From Lingula anatina (lineage: Eukaryota; Animalia; Brachiopoda), in contig CM120647.1 in the NCBI GenBank assembly GCA_051362555.1, forward strand, positions 16,654,651-16,718,650: DNA of 64,000 nt, given 5' to 3'. The notes under the pieces are model-generated. The model was given only the letters and a program-made list of their open reading frames with translations. It did not search any database and was not told the DNA's origin. Position 1 is the first letter of the stretch, and each line of letters begins with the position of its first letter. Below are positions 49,301 to 60,798 of the stretch, one piece after another. The position numbers were made by a program, and so were the translations under genes.

Positions 49301-52300
49301 AAAATCACATGATTTCAGAGGTCCAAATACAGCAGATATTATTCATGAAGACCAAGCAGTTGCCACGGTAACCAACCTGGTAATAGGGGAGTACATATTT
49401 GAGCTGGTCGTGGCAGACAAGGAAGGTCTCACAGGAAAAGACCGATTGAAGGTGCTGGTTCAGGAGAGTAAGTGCAGTTTCCTTGGAATTATTTTAGGGC
49501 AGGAAGTTTAAGAATACTAATTTTCCTCGTAAAAAAACCCAGATTGGATTTGCCACGGTACTCGTATACTGCCTGTAAATCCCTTCCCTTGGAGTGTCTA
49601 AGGCAGATGGTTTCAGGCCAAGTGAGTAATTCTAAATGTAGAAAAAATAATGGTATCTTTTTAGATGGGCTGAAAGAATTAAATAAGAATTTAATGTTAA
49701 ATTCAAAAAGACAGAGCAGCCCATAAATGATACTCAAGAGAAAAAAAAAGATACAAAATTGATGGTATTAATTTTCAAAAACGGGCTGCCAATAAAAGAT
49801 ATCTAAAAGAATATATTTTAATACACACTTGATGACATTTTTCAGAGAAGAACCAGCCACCCGTTGCCAGTGCCGGTGGAGATCAGCTGCTGACCATGCC
49901 TGTGTCTCTGGTCAAGCTGGACGGCTCAGGGTCCAAGGATGACCGAGCCATTGCCTCGTACTTGTGGGAGAAAAGTGAAGATAGTCTGGCTGCTGGGGTG
50001 AGTGGGGTGGTTGTGGCTTAGGATAACAGGCTATGCTTGAATTGTTTTGGAATTCTTTATTTTTTAATTCCAAGTTGCAGCTTTCTTTCCCCACTAAATA
50101 AATGAATAAATAAATAAATAAATAAATAAAAGGTTATAATATTATTTTTTTTGTAATGAATGGAAAATTCAGTGACATTTTTGCTGCCCTTGTCATTTAT
50201 CCAAGGTCTCTGGATGTCAATTTCTTTAACTTGATATGGATGATATTCACAGAATATTTCCTTTATATGGTATAGTTTATTTATATAGGTTATTAAATGA
50301 TCTTAGACTATCACCAATAAATTTTTATTTCATAATTCTTAGAAAATCCTGAATGGCTCTGACCACATGCCAGTGTTACTGATGACTGACATGGTGCCAG
50401 GTCACTACATGTTCACACTGACCGTTACTGACCAGGACGGCCTCAGCAGCAAGGATGCGGCCTCTGTGATAATAAAAGAAGGTAAAGATGTCTGTATTCA
50501 GCATGTTTGTGTGTGTGTGTGTGTGTTTTCTGTCTCACTTTCTGTTTGACATTTTTATTATTATGCTTAACAAAAAATACTATTTATATATTCTGTCTTT
50601 AAATTTATAGTTAAAAAACGATAAACTTGAATTCTTTCCAGAATTGTAATCAACATAAAGAAAGAAAAACATAAAATTTCATGATATAATATGTATTTTA
50701 TTTTTCAGATGAAAATTCTAAGAACCTGTTACAGATGTACCTGGATGTAGATATTGCTGTCTTTAAGGAGAAAAATAAGGTGCTCCTCTTGATAACAGTT
50801 GTCTGAATGCTTTAAGAATATAATAAATAGTATATTGTGTTTGCAATACATGATTGGTGACAAAATTAATAAAACAATTACACTCTTAAAAATATGTATA
50901 TATATCAGGCATTAAAAAGATTAAACATTGGAAATGAATAAACAAAGGTGATCTTTATATTAATTTACTATTAAATCATGCAAAAAAAAGAGTATATTTA
51001 TGACAACTTGGTAAAAAAAACTAACTTAACAACAGTGCTTTGAGCCTCATTTCATTTCATTGATTTTCAGCAAAACCTTGCCAATCAGCTTGCCTTGCTG
51101 CTGCAGAAGACGCTGCCAGGGGGCGACACCACTGTGGATATTAGAAATATAGAGCAAGATATGAGGACGGGACAGTAAGAATATGCCTAATGTTTGATAA
51201 ACATGATAAATGTTGAATGCAGAGTTAACTATTGATAGCATGTGAGAATTCATTTACGATTATGTCTAATGCAAAGTATTCATAATAGGTTTCATTGTCT
51301 TTTTTTTCTTCACAGAGTAATTGTGACATTTCTGGTGAGGTCAGAGTTCAAGGACACTCATTTGACCCACGCGGGGACGAAGATTGTCAAAATTCTCAAG
51401 CAGAGGCTCAAGTCAGATGCGGATGTATTAGAGTTTGAAGTGGTGCAATTAGATACTTTAGGTGAGACTGAGATTTGTTTTAGAGCACATTCAGAACAGT
51501 GGACTAACAGATCAAATATGGCGACCCACTAAAAAGGTTGTCGCTTAAATTTCTGATAAGACACTGAATATATTTCTTACGGGGATTATGCAACAAGCAT
51601 TCCAGTGGTTCGGCCATATTTGATCCGCGGATCTGTTAGTCCCCTGTTCTGAATGAGTCCTTAGTTTGTTAATAGATACAGTGTCAAATATCATCAGATA
51701 TCATCTGACACTATTCAGTATTATTGAGTCAGATTCAATTATTGTTGGGTGGGTAGTGAACTTTATATGTTGACTGGCACATCTTTTAAAGTCAAATTTG
51801 TTTCTTCAAGAAGGGTTAAATATTTGGAGGAGGAGAATTTCTGGCTCCTACACAAAATAATTCTGGGTTTATTTTCTCTCAAGTATTTCTGTTTTAAACA
51901 AAATAAGAGTTTGTTGTGTCAGAACCTCCTCATGGAATATTGCCTTATTTCTCAGGCTATTGACAAAATCTACACTTCTGTTCAAATTACGTAGCTGATG
52001 AAAAATTGAAAATTTAGAAAATTTGGACAACAAATATTTTTCTTGAATTAATTTTTTTTTAAATTTCAGTGTGCCAGAACAACTGTTCAGGACACGGGAG
52101 GTGTGACTCCTACACCAAGCAGTGTGTCTGTGATGCTTTCTGGATGGAGAATTTCTTCAAAGCCGCACTGGAAAAAGATTATAATTGTGGTAGGTGTTTG
52201 TGGAAGCCAAGCCTGGAAAAAGGGAATATAATTATCATGAAGGGTGTTCATTGATTTTGTGATGTAGTGAGACTAATGGCCCAGTCACAATGTCGGCGAT

Positions 52301-54217
52301 CTGTCGGGGATAAGTTTTGGCCAGGGGTCGTCGTAGAAAATAAAGAATCCTTGAACAATCCTAGCAATAATCTTAATAAAAGTGGAGCAGTCACATTGTC
52401 TGAGATTTTTTCAAGGATTTTGACCCGGTTTTGTCAAAAAATCATGGGATTAGCCTCCGATCGCCTCCGATTGCATCTTCAAAATCTTCTGTCACAGCCT
52501 TCTGCAGCAAGAGCGTCTCAAACTTTTAGCAATCCAGTCAGAGGCGCCCTTATATACACGGCGATTTACTACGATTCCACTGTACGATTCGTCGGAGATG
52601 ATCACATAAAGCGTACGAATCATCGCAGGGCGCCTCTGATTTAGTCGGAGGGCGCCTGAGACTACTCGCAGACATTGAATCTCAACCTGATTTTCCAATC
52701 CCACACAGAATCTTGCGACTAGTCTCAGATTATTCGGAGGACGCCTCCGATTAATCGGAGGGCATTGTAGGTCATCGGAGATTGTCTCTGGGATGCCCAA
52801 AATGGGTGAAAAATCTTGCGAGCAATCTTAAAATTTTAAGTTCAAAGTTGGGGACCGCGACAGGTGTGACGATGTCTAAAAAATCTGCGACAACCCGCAG
52901 GCATCCGGAGAGCGCCTCCGACGGGTGCAAAATCGTGAGATCTGTCTCAAGATTTTGTTTAAATTTCCCGGGTTTTACCCATCTCCGCCGCATCGCAACT
53001 GATTTGTGACTGGCCACTAAGCGTTGTGGAACTAGTTTCACCAAAGTATGATTTCAAGTTAAAATTGTTACAAAGATAATAAATTCAAGATTTGTGTATA
53101 GTACTTGTGTGCATCATTTACTGCACTGTCTTATTTCTTTGTTTCATTCAAAGGCTGTTTAAAATTGTTTAAGTGGAGCTTAACAAATGGGAGTTTGACT
53201 GTAATTTTTGTTGATAGAAATCAATACTTCTTGAGATTTATAACTTGGATTGCTTATGTTTTTTCAGATTGGAGTATACTATATGTAGTGATAGTGATAT
53301 TTGTGATAGTCATCACTCTAGCAGCCATAATATGGGGAGTTTACTACTGTGCAAAAAGGTATGATTAAAGCTAAACAAAGAAGGGAAAATAAATCAAAAA
53401 TAAATGCAGCTGACCTTTTGGTTTTGTAAGTGACATTAAGATGAAAAAAATGGATATTTATTATTTGAAAAAAATAGAGATATGTACTGTGCACAGACAA
53501 ATTATTTATTTGAAAGATAACAATTTAAAATTACATCAGTGTTTTGACAAGTTTAAGTACATTTACAATATAGTCCTTCATGTTAGATAAAATATAACAT
53601 TTGTATTCAAATTTTGCTTTGTAATAGTGAAATTCATGTTCCATTTGCAAAATGAATGACTTGAAACTAATTTGTGATTTCAGATGTAAAACGCGGCCGA
53701 GGAAAAGGCACCGTTATCAACTATTGTCAGACTCTCTTCAGAAAGATGATATGGAGATGCTGCCTAAAGGTAAGTAAACTGGGACAGAAAACTAAAGATA
53801 AGCCATCAGTGCCTCGCCTTTTCTTTGTCAGGGTTTGTCAGGATTTCTTATTTTTCCAGCTATTTTAAATAGATTAATTAAAATTAGAATGATTAAAATT
53901 ACTCTATACCATTTTATATTAATTTTCCAAGTGGGCAGGGGTTTTGGGGGCAAAGCAATTTTCTCCCACCCAGAAATCATCGCTTAACATGTCCCTGCAC
54001 TTGGATTTGGTATTTTATTCCAAATTGAAATTAATTGTTAGTGATTAAATAATTTATTATTTCAGGCAAAATGGTGAACGGCAATATCATGGCGTCAGAG
54101 TCCGAGCTTAGCAGTGGAGAGGAGACATTATTTGTTAACCAGAAAAAACAGAACGGACATGTCAGGAAACCAATGAATGGACTGATTACAAGACAGACAA
54201 ATAAAAATATTGCTTAA
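22683..54217 (+). CDS. KIAA0319L: KIAA0319/KIAA0319L (AAVR)-like type I membrane protein, ~1058 aa: signal peptide, MANEC, EGF-like, S/T-rich stalk, five PKD domains, juxtamembrane EGF-like, TM, cytoplasmic tail
   Basis: Phase-consistent GT-AG exons: 22683-22797, 23552-23851, 30373-30702, 31787-31860, 34841-34949, 43273-43314, 44632-44730, 45319-45419, 45700-45787, 46159-46248, 46701-46836, 47340-47404, 47735-47892, 48285-48408, 48954-49089, 49319-49467, 49846-49997, 50343-50481, 50709-50779, 51071-51174, 51316-51461, 52070-52189, 53268-53358, 53684-53769, 54066-54217 (3177 nt). Motifs LVVSAG..IQLPENSVTL, ETDYRPQANAG, CQNNCSGHGRCD..TKQCVCDAFWMEN, NCDWSILYV. The stalk exons (4-6) and the exon 3 donor are the least certain. 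Confidence 0.92.
26880..27235 (+). mobile_element. Degraded LINE ORF2 C-terminal fragment, interrupted by a MITE
   Basis: GTCGAAGATGAGAAACACTTCCTCGTGGAATG translates VEDEKHFLVE, the Cys/His-rich C-terminal motif of many non-LTR ORF2 proteins. The frame is broken and the upstream extent is uncertain. Confidence 0.5.
27031..27171 (+). mobile_element. CAG-ended MITE family C copy with 5-bp TSD
   Basis: CAGGGGTGGATCCAGAGATATTTTCTG...GCCTG flanked by TGACC at 27026-27030 and 27172-27176. Confidence 0.75.
27996..28275. repeat. (TG)n tracts with a duplicated ~110-bp spacer
   Basis: GACTGTAT.TTAATGATTATGCGTATATGTATGTG...TTGTGCATGTG occurs twice between TG runs. Confidence 0.85.
29059..29208. mobile_element. 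MITE family A copy, internally deleted
   Basis: GGGACCATTCCCACAGATATTTGGATC...GAGTAAGACCGATCCAGATGGATC...TGGGAACCCAGTC. Confidence 0.75.
29905..30128. mobile_element. MITE family A copy
   Basis: CCCCATTCCCATAGATTTTAGATCGATCTATCCCTGTGGGGAGTCTCACTAG...GGGAGTTAGGTCGATC...; inverted relative to the copy at 3623. Confidence 0.75.
33907..34150. mobile_element. MITE family A copy (strongly palindromic variant)
   Basis: GGGACCATTCCCACAGATAC...GCTTAAATGTCTGTCA...TGACAGACATTTAAGC...GATCGATCTATGTATGGGATCC, with TTA on both flanks. Confidence 0.8.
36719..36967. mobile_element. MITE family A copy (strongly palindromic variant)
   Basis: Nearly colinear with the copy at 33907; ends TGGGAACCCAGTC. Confidence 0.8.
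40368..40520 (+). mobile_element. HINE family B copy nested in the composite element
   Basis: TTACCTCTGCCAAGGAGGTTATATTTTCACCCCTG...GGAACTGTCAGAAGTGGGCCAAAG; truncated at GCTGCCTTG. Confidence 0.75.
42727..42882 (-). mobile_element. CAG-ended MITE family C copy with 6-bp TSD
   Basis: CAGGGGTGGATTGAGG...CTGGATCAGCTCCTG flanked by TTATTG at 42721-42726 and 42883-42888. Confidence 0.75.
43721..43932. mobile_element. MITE family A copy with TTA TSD (PIF/Harbinger-like)
   Basis: TTA|GACTGGGTTCCCACAGATTTAGATTGATC...GATCGATCTAAATATCTGTGGGAATGGTCTC|TTA. Confidence 0.8.
47494..47513 (+). other. Stop-containing duplicate of the start of KIAA0319L exon 13 with its own splice acceptor
   Basis: cttacag|AA ACT GAC TAT GAA CCC TAA GTC AAG versus exon 13 tatcag|AA ACT GAC TAC CGT CCC CAA GCC AAC. 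Confidence 0.6.
51483..51660. mobile_element. PIF/Harbinger-type MITE, 178 bp
   Basis: TIRs GAGCACATTCAGAACAGTGGACTAACAGATC and GATCTGTTAGTCCCCTGTTCTGAATGAGTCC; TTA on both flanks. Confidence 0.85.
52277..53017. mobile_element. PIF/Harbinger-type non-autonomous element, 741 bp, GC/CpG-rich
   Basis: TAA|TGGCCCAGTCACAA...TTGTGACTGGCCAC|TAA; internal repeated CGCCTCCGATT / ATCGGAGG motifs in both orientations. Confidence 0.85.
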
Positions 54218-54804
54218 GGGAGGGAAAAAGAATACCAGATGAAGACAAGAACACTGTATATTTCAGTAAGGATGTGGCACAAGGCAGAAGAATTATAATA
54301 TTATTGCTCAGCCATTCCACTGTATAAAGAGAAACCCTTGGGAATTTCTCAAATAGAAAGGGAAATGCATTCAAAAGAATCATAAGTGATTATACATACA
54401 AATGATTTCATGACATGAAGATGGTATAAAACAAACACAAAAGAAAAATATAAATGGAGCAGAAGAAATTATCCAGACAAATAAGCACATGCCAAAAGTA
54501 TTCTTTCAAAAGGAAACATGGCGGAATGAAACGGCATGGAGCAGAAGCAGTTATACAGACAAATAAGTACATAACAAAGAAAACTTGGTAGATGTATGCA
54601 CAGGAAGAGTAATTACAGCCTTATATGCATAGAATGTTGCCAAGAATTGTGCAGGCGATTGCATCAGTGATGACAGAAATATGAGTATAGTGTCAACATG
54701 GTGTCCAATCAGTGTAATGTTGCCCAAACTTGGTGAAAGGGTACTCCAGAACAATGGAGTGGTACTGGAGTACTTTGTTATGATGCCCTTAGTACAACTT
54801 AGGT

Positions 54805-55170
54805 GGTGCCTGAGCTACATGTGATGGTACCACCAGCAGGATGTTATGGTGCCTAGGCACAGCTTTAAGGTACTACAGCACAGTAATGGTGCCTGAGCTC
54901 AGTGTTATGGTACAAACAGCAGGGTGTTATGGTGCCTAGGCACAGCTTTAAGGTACTGCAACATAGTAATGGTGCCTGAGCTCAGTGTTATGGTACAAAC
55001 AGCAGGGTGTTATGGTGCCTAGGCACAGCTTTAAGGTACTGCAACATAGTAATGGTGCCTGAGCTCAGTGTTATGGTACAAACAGCAGGGGGTTATGGTG
55101 CCTAGGCACAGCTTTAAGGTACTACAGCACAGTAATGGTGCCTGAGTGCAGTGTTATGGTACCACCAGCA
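54805..55170. repeat. 83-bp minisatellite, ~4.4 copies, probably in the KIAA0319L 3'UTR
   Basis: GGTGCCTGAG at 54805, 54888, 54971, 55054 and 55137; near-identical units. Confidence 0.95.
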
Positions 55171-56712
55171 GTACACTGCTGAGAAGATAATGACTACTGT
55201 TGCCTGCCAGTTTCACCCACCATGTATTTTACAACCAAGAAAACAATGGCAAAATTTTATAACTTCAGATTTCACAGTCGATATGTGGTGTGAGACCACT
55301 AATTGTCAACATGCTAAAGTTCACCAGGGCCCCACTGTTTATCCTGAACATGGCATAAGCACAGGCTCAGTTGAAAGTGGTATATGTGAAGGTATTGAAG
55401 TAGTTTATATATCACATACACCATAACTGTTCAGGTTTGTACATCAGAGGGAATTCAATGGAAACCTACCAAAAAAATTTCCGAACTTGAAGCTCAGTAG
55501 TGATGAAGTGTCAAACTGATTTATGTTTGAGGTGCAGCGTAAGTAAAGGTTTGGGTAACAAAGGCAGTTAGTGGAAACTTAATTAATGGGAAATGGTGAG
55601 CTTAATACCAGTTTTGTCAGACTTGGACTACAAATAAAGCTGAGTCATGATGCTGCATATAAACAACTGAACACTGAATGATCACATATTGCAATGGCCT
55701 TGACCTTAAGTGATCACGTGACAGGAAGTTAATGCAAGTAGTCTAAGATATTCAAGAACTGCTTTATACAAACTGAAAAAAAAAGAAGTTATATCTGTAG
55801 TATAACTTTTTTTTGTATGTAAGATGTTTGTGAAGTTTAAGCTTTTTTTCGTATGGAATATGTTTGGTTGGTAATACCTGCTATGTGCTTAAGGGTAAGA
55901 ATTGAAAGTGTTTTACACAAAAAAGTTGAACTGTTTATTTATGTAATTGATATGGGTAGAATGCTTTGTTATACTTGGCTGGGTTTTATGGGTAATGAAA
56001 ATATTGCAATATGTTTCTTTTGACTATTTACACACACTGCAGAAGGGTATATCTTGCAGACATGTAAAAACACAGGCATATATGGTAGTTATATGAGTAA
56101 ATAAAGTATTACCCATACTTGGTTGTGATTGCTAAACTATATGTTATATATTAAATGACAAAGTGGCTGATCTCTTCTGCCACCCAGTGGCAGATTTTTC
56201 CATGACAAGCCACATCTCTTCACTGTTTCCTGCAGTCAGAAACAGGACATTATTTTTATTCTGTGTGTAGGCAGTGGTATATGTCAGTAGCTGTATGGCT
56301 GAGTAATGCAATATTCAGACTTGGGGTTGGTGAAAATTTATTTAAGTAAAATAAAGTAGCCCAGTTTTACCTGTATTTAGATGGGTTGAAAAAGATATGG
56401 ATTTGAAGCTAAGTTATGGGGAAGTATGCGACCTTAAATTTTCCCTGTAAATCAATAGCAAGTTAAGTTTTCAGTTTATGTTGAGTTCCTCCCCATTCCA
56501 GCATGTCCACAGTATTATAGAACATAACATGTGATTGGATTCTTATTGTAATACAAAGAACATTATTGGGTATATAATCCTTGATTTATAAATCTGATGT
56601 CAGTTTTACATAAGAATTTTAGCCTAAGAATTGGTCTGAAATTGAAAACTCAAATTTTAGTCTGCTGTTACCCAAGGTTTGAGTAACAGTCCAATGAAAG
56701 AAAACAGGATGC

Positions 56713-56858
56713 CTCATCTGTTCCTTGGCCCACTTCTGACAGTTCCTGAAAATTTCGTCAAAAAAATGGGTGCATAACTTTTTGAGTTATGTCGATGACA
56801 GACAAACAAACAAACAAACAAACAGGGGTGAAAACATAACCTCCTTGACGGAGGTAAA
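56713..56858 (-). mobile_element. HINE family B copy, 3' truncated
   Basis: Reverse complement reads TTTACCTCCGTCAAGGAGGTTATGTTTTCACCCCTG(TTTG)n...GGAACTGTCAGAAGTGGGCCAAGGAACAGATGA. Confidence 0.75.
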
Positions 56859-58054
56859 TAGTTGTAGCTGTGTTTCAAGCCAATAAGTCTTTCACTCAAG
56901 ATGACAAATTTGGATCTAACCTGAACTAAAGTAAATTAGATATTTGTCTTAAAAGTATAGCCCAATTCGCAGGCTAAAGGCTTTTGTGGACTTCAGATGC
57001 TGAACTGAAATTTTCAAGTGGATATTATTTCAGTACAACAATACGCCACTGGAATGCTTTTATTTCAGACACAGGACAACACATAACGATATGTTGATCC
57101 ATATGATCTTAAAAATGCAATATGTAGATGATTTTTACCTCATGTTTAAAATCTTCTAACGTGAGTCTTTATCATTTAGTTTATAAATATTTCACTGCAC
57201 TGCTTAGAATATATTTAAGGCCGCTTGATATTGCTTTTGTTATTGGAATGTTCAAAGTTGTACTGACTCTCACGAATTTCTCCACATATTGTGTATTGAC
57301 ATTAAGAACCTTTATAATAAGTTTAAGACTGATGGAGAAATATCAGTGGTTAAATGACGTTTAGAACCTTGTATGTACATTTAAGACTGATGGAAGCATC
57401 TGTGGTTTAATGACAGTTGCTGGCTTCTAATTATGGCGATTCCAAACTCTTGTATATAAAATATAACACCAATAAACGAGAAATATTTTGAAAGGTAATT
57501 TTTGTTATTATGTTTTGATGGAAAACTTTTGACGGGGAAAAGCATATAATAGCAACATTTGCAAGCAGATGAACAATAACGAGATACAACGAAATAACTT
57601 TTATTTTGGAGAAGATAATGCACTCTTGTTTAATTTGGATAATTTACACAAAAGAAAAATCCATATCAGGTGGGACAGATTGCAATAAATTTCATCTATC
57701 TGGTCCTTGAGATAATACGTATCACCAGGTGACTGTTAGGTAACGAGCGAGAACAACTGTACAGGCCGGACGTTTTATTGCCTGTACTGAATACACGCGC
57801 TTATTCAAACACTTACAGCAGACGACTGAGAGATCATTTACGCTGTGCTAAGTTATCGCGCTCTCACAGGTCTCGCTGCAACACACTCTTGGTTGGTTCG
57901 GGTTTTATCACCACGGCAACGAGAGGATGTGAAATTGACATGCTTATCTGAAGATACTGCGTGGAATAAAGCGTTGGGGAAAAAAGAACGACGTGGGACT
58001 AACTGTCATATAAAATAACTTGATAACGTATCAGTGGCGTTGTTTTAATGATAC

Positions 58055-59402
58055 ATGATGGGAACCGAAGCCAATAAAGATTGTGATAACAAAGAAAAAG
58101 CAATCACTGCAGATGAACTCGAAGAAACCGTCACAACAAAGGAACAATTGACCAACTTTGCTAACGAAGTCAGCATTTTGGGTCTCAAACAAGCGGTCAA
58201 CCCAAGCTACTCCTACATCAGACGTGCCATATGGTTCTGCTTCGTTTTGGTCGGATTTGGGTTCCTGATCCACCACCTTAAGAACCGATTTGACTACTAT
58301 TTCTCAAATCCGACAACCGTGAGCATGAACGTGACCCAAAACGACACCCTGATTTTTCCTACCGTGACTGTATGTAACAGTGCCCCGTTCAAGGCCAGCA
58401 GTTTGGCGCGAAACAATGAGACAGAAATTGGCAACCTTTTTCACGTGGGGCACTCTGGCTCCCCGGACTGGTCTCTGTTCAATCTCAGCCGTACCAATTG
58501 GACTGATTTCTACGTAAGGAATGGCTTTCAAGTGGAAGACATGGTTGTGTTTGTAAGTTGATTGACTGACAACTTTTCATTTAAGTGGTAAAATCGATTT
58601 CCTTTATGGTTCCGGAGTAACGAGATGGAGAGTCCTGCCATTTGAAAAACAGGCGGGCATGATGGTTCACCAACTGATACAAAATAGGGTTTAAGATTGT
58701 TATTTTATACTGATTAATACTTTTTGTCTTGCCTTTTAACTCCCAATCTAAATTGATCAGTTTGAATCAAACGAATAAAAAAATTTAAAAACTAAGGTAA
58801 GTATATCTAAATTGATTCAGGTGACTGAATTTTACGTAAGGCAACTGATAAAGAGTAGATTATAGAAGTTAAATTAAACAGTTAACTCTAATACTCAGGC
58901 TCAGGGTTATGCCGGACGAGATGGAAATGTCAATAATATACGACTTTAATAAGATTAAATGGTCTGACCTTTGCAGTGCTCTCAGAGATTTTCATTATCT
59001 AGATAGTTGTTTGCCACAGAATCGCCAAACAAAATGACCATATGAGGTTATAATACAGATGTAATACTAATACACGACTCCCTTATACATGTACTAAGAA
59101 CTGCACTTACCCGTTAAAACGACCAAATAGCCATTAAGTTCCTGGGTCTTGGTTACTGTTACCGCCATCATAGTAGGTCTATTGTAAAGGCGAAGGCACG
59201 GTGTAACTTGATAAGTATCTGGTGCAAGTATCTCGCGAGACACTGAAATGTAAGGTAGTCACTGAATTTTTACTGTTGTTTGACTTTGCAACATGATGAT
59301 CAAACTTGCTTATTTTCAGTGTCTGTGGAAGACAAAGGAATGCAAAAGCAACGCATTCAGGCCAGTCCTCACCGAGTTTGGGTTATGCCATCAGTTCGGA
59401 GG

Positions 59403-59481
<79 letters not shown>

Positions 59482-60764
59482 GGAGAGAAAATAATGATTA
59501 TTTACTGGTCTTGTATTCTTATTAAAGACCCAAGGCCTTCAATTACTAAAAAAGTAAAAATAAAAACAGTGAAATAAAAATCCTAAAACGTAGTTAATAG
59601 GGTTTTGAAATTACTCAAGAGTTCACAGTGAGCAAGAAGTACAAATCTTAGAGGAGTTCACAGTTTTAAGTCAATTGCACCTAATATCGCGTGCATTCCG
59701 TCGAGTAATAAGTCCCTCATTTATTTCTCATCTTTTCATTATCATGTATCATCTTTTTCTTGTTGTTTATCATACAGACGGTGGTGATCTTCAGGTGGAC
59801 ATGGAAGGCTCCAGGTATGGGCTGGAACTCTTCCTCGACACCCAGCAGAGCCGGGAATATGAAGGGAACGTTTTGGACGCGGGCGCTTTGGTAATATACC
59901 GTGGTTGATTCCTGGCACATTTTCTTTGGTCTTGATGAATTTGAAACATTATATTATATTATATTATATTATATTATATTATATTATATTATAAGTCTAT
60001 CTGTATATCTTAGGTATAATTATTCAATTCAGAATAGATAACGCCACGGAACCTTGAAATTTGAAATTTATTATGTTACTAAACATTTCAAAAGCTCTTC
60101 GGATCCGCCATAGTTGGTGCCATACAAACATGTATTTTTCTTTTAAATTCTAATCTTAAGAAACATCTTCACAAAGAATTTTACTGTGACCTGTGGGACG
60201 TCATAAGGACAGAAAAATCATAAGGGGTATGTCAAAGATGCAGAAGGGGGGCCATGGGTGTTGTTTTTCACTTCGGATATATCATAACCCAGGGGCGGAT
60301 CAAGATATATTTTCTGACAGCCTTTCAAATAATCTTTGGTGATCCATTCTCTATTTTTGACCGTGTTCCGACAGAAAAAAATTGGATACCCATCAATGTA
60401 AACTTGAAAATCTGACCGTCTTCCAGAAGACCCAGAAGACAGCCTCAATCCGCCCCTGTAACTGGAACTATATTTCCAACATCTTATTTTCAGATACTCC
60501 TTCACGACATGGACGACCAACCTGACATGTTGAACTTTGCCATCCGTACAGTCCCTGGACAGAGTTCCCTCATTGTCCTCAAACTGAAGAAGGTAACGCT
60601 ATGGGGGAGCTAGAATGTAAAAAAAGTTTATAGTAAAGAGTTTATAGCCTTCAATAATCGATGAACAAGATCCCCTGACTCTTCAAGTGATGCATTGTCT
60701 GCTCAATGTACAGTTATTACTCGATCTTTTGAATGGGATGAAAATTGTGAATTTTAGAGATATT

Positions 60765-60798
<34 letters not shown>

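Noticed and set aside
52267-53044. Overlapping ORFs of 75-125 aa
   Set aside because: Explained by the GC-rich non-autonomous Harbinger-type element; no transposase motifs.
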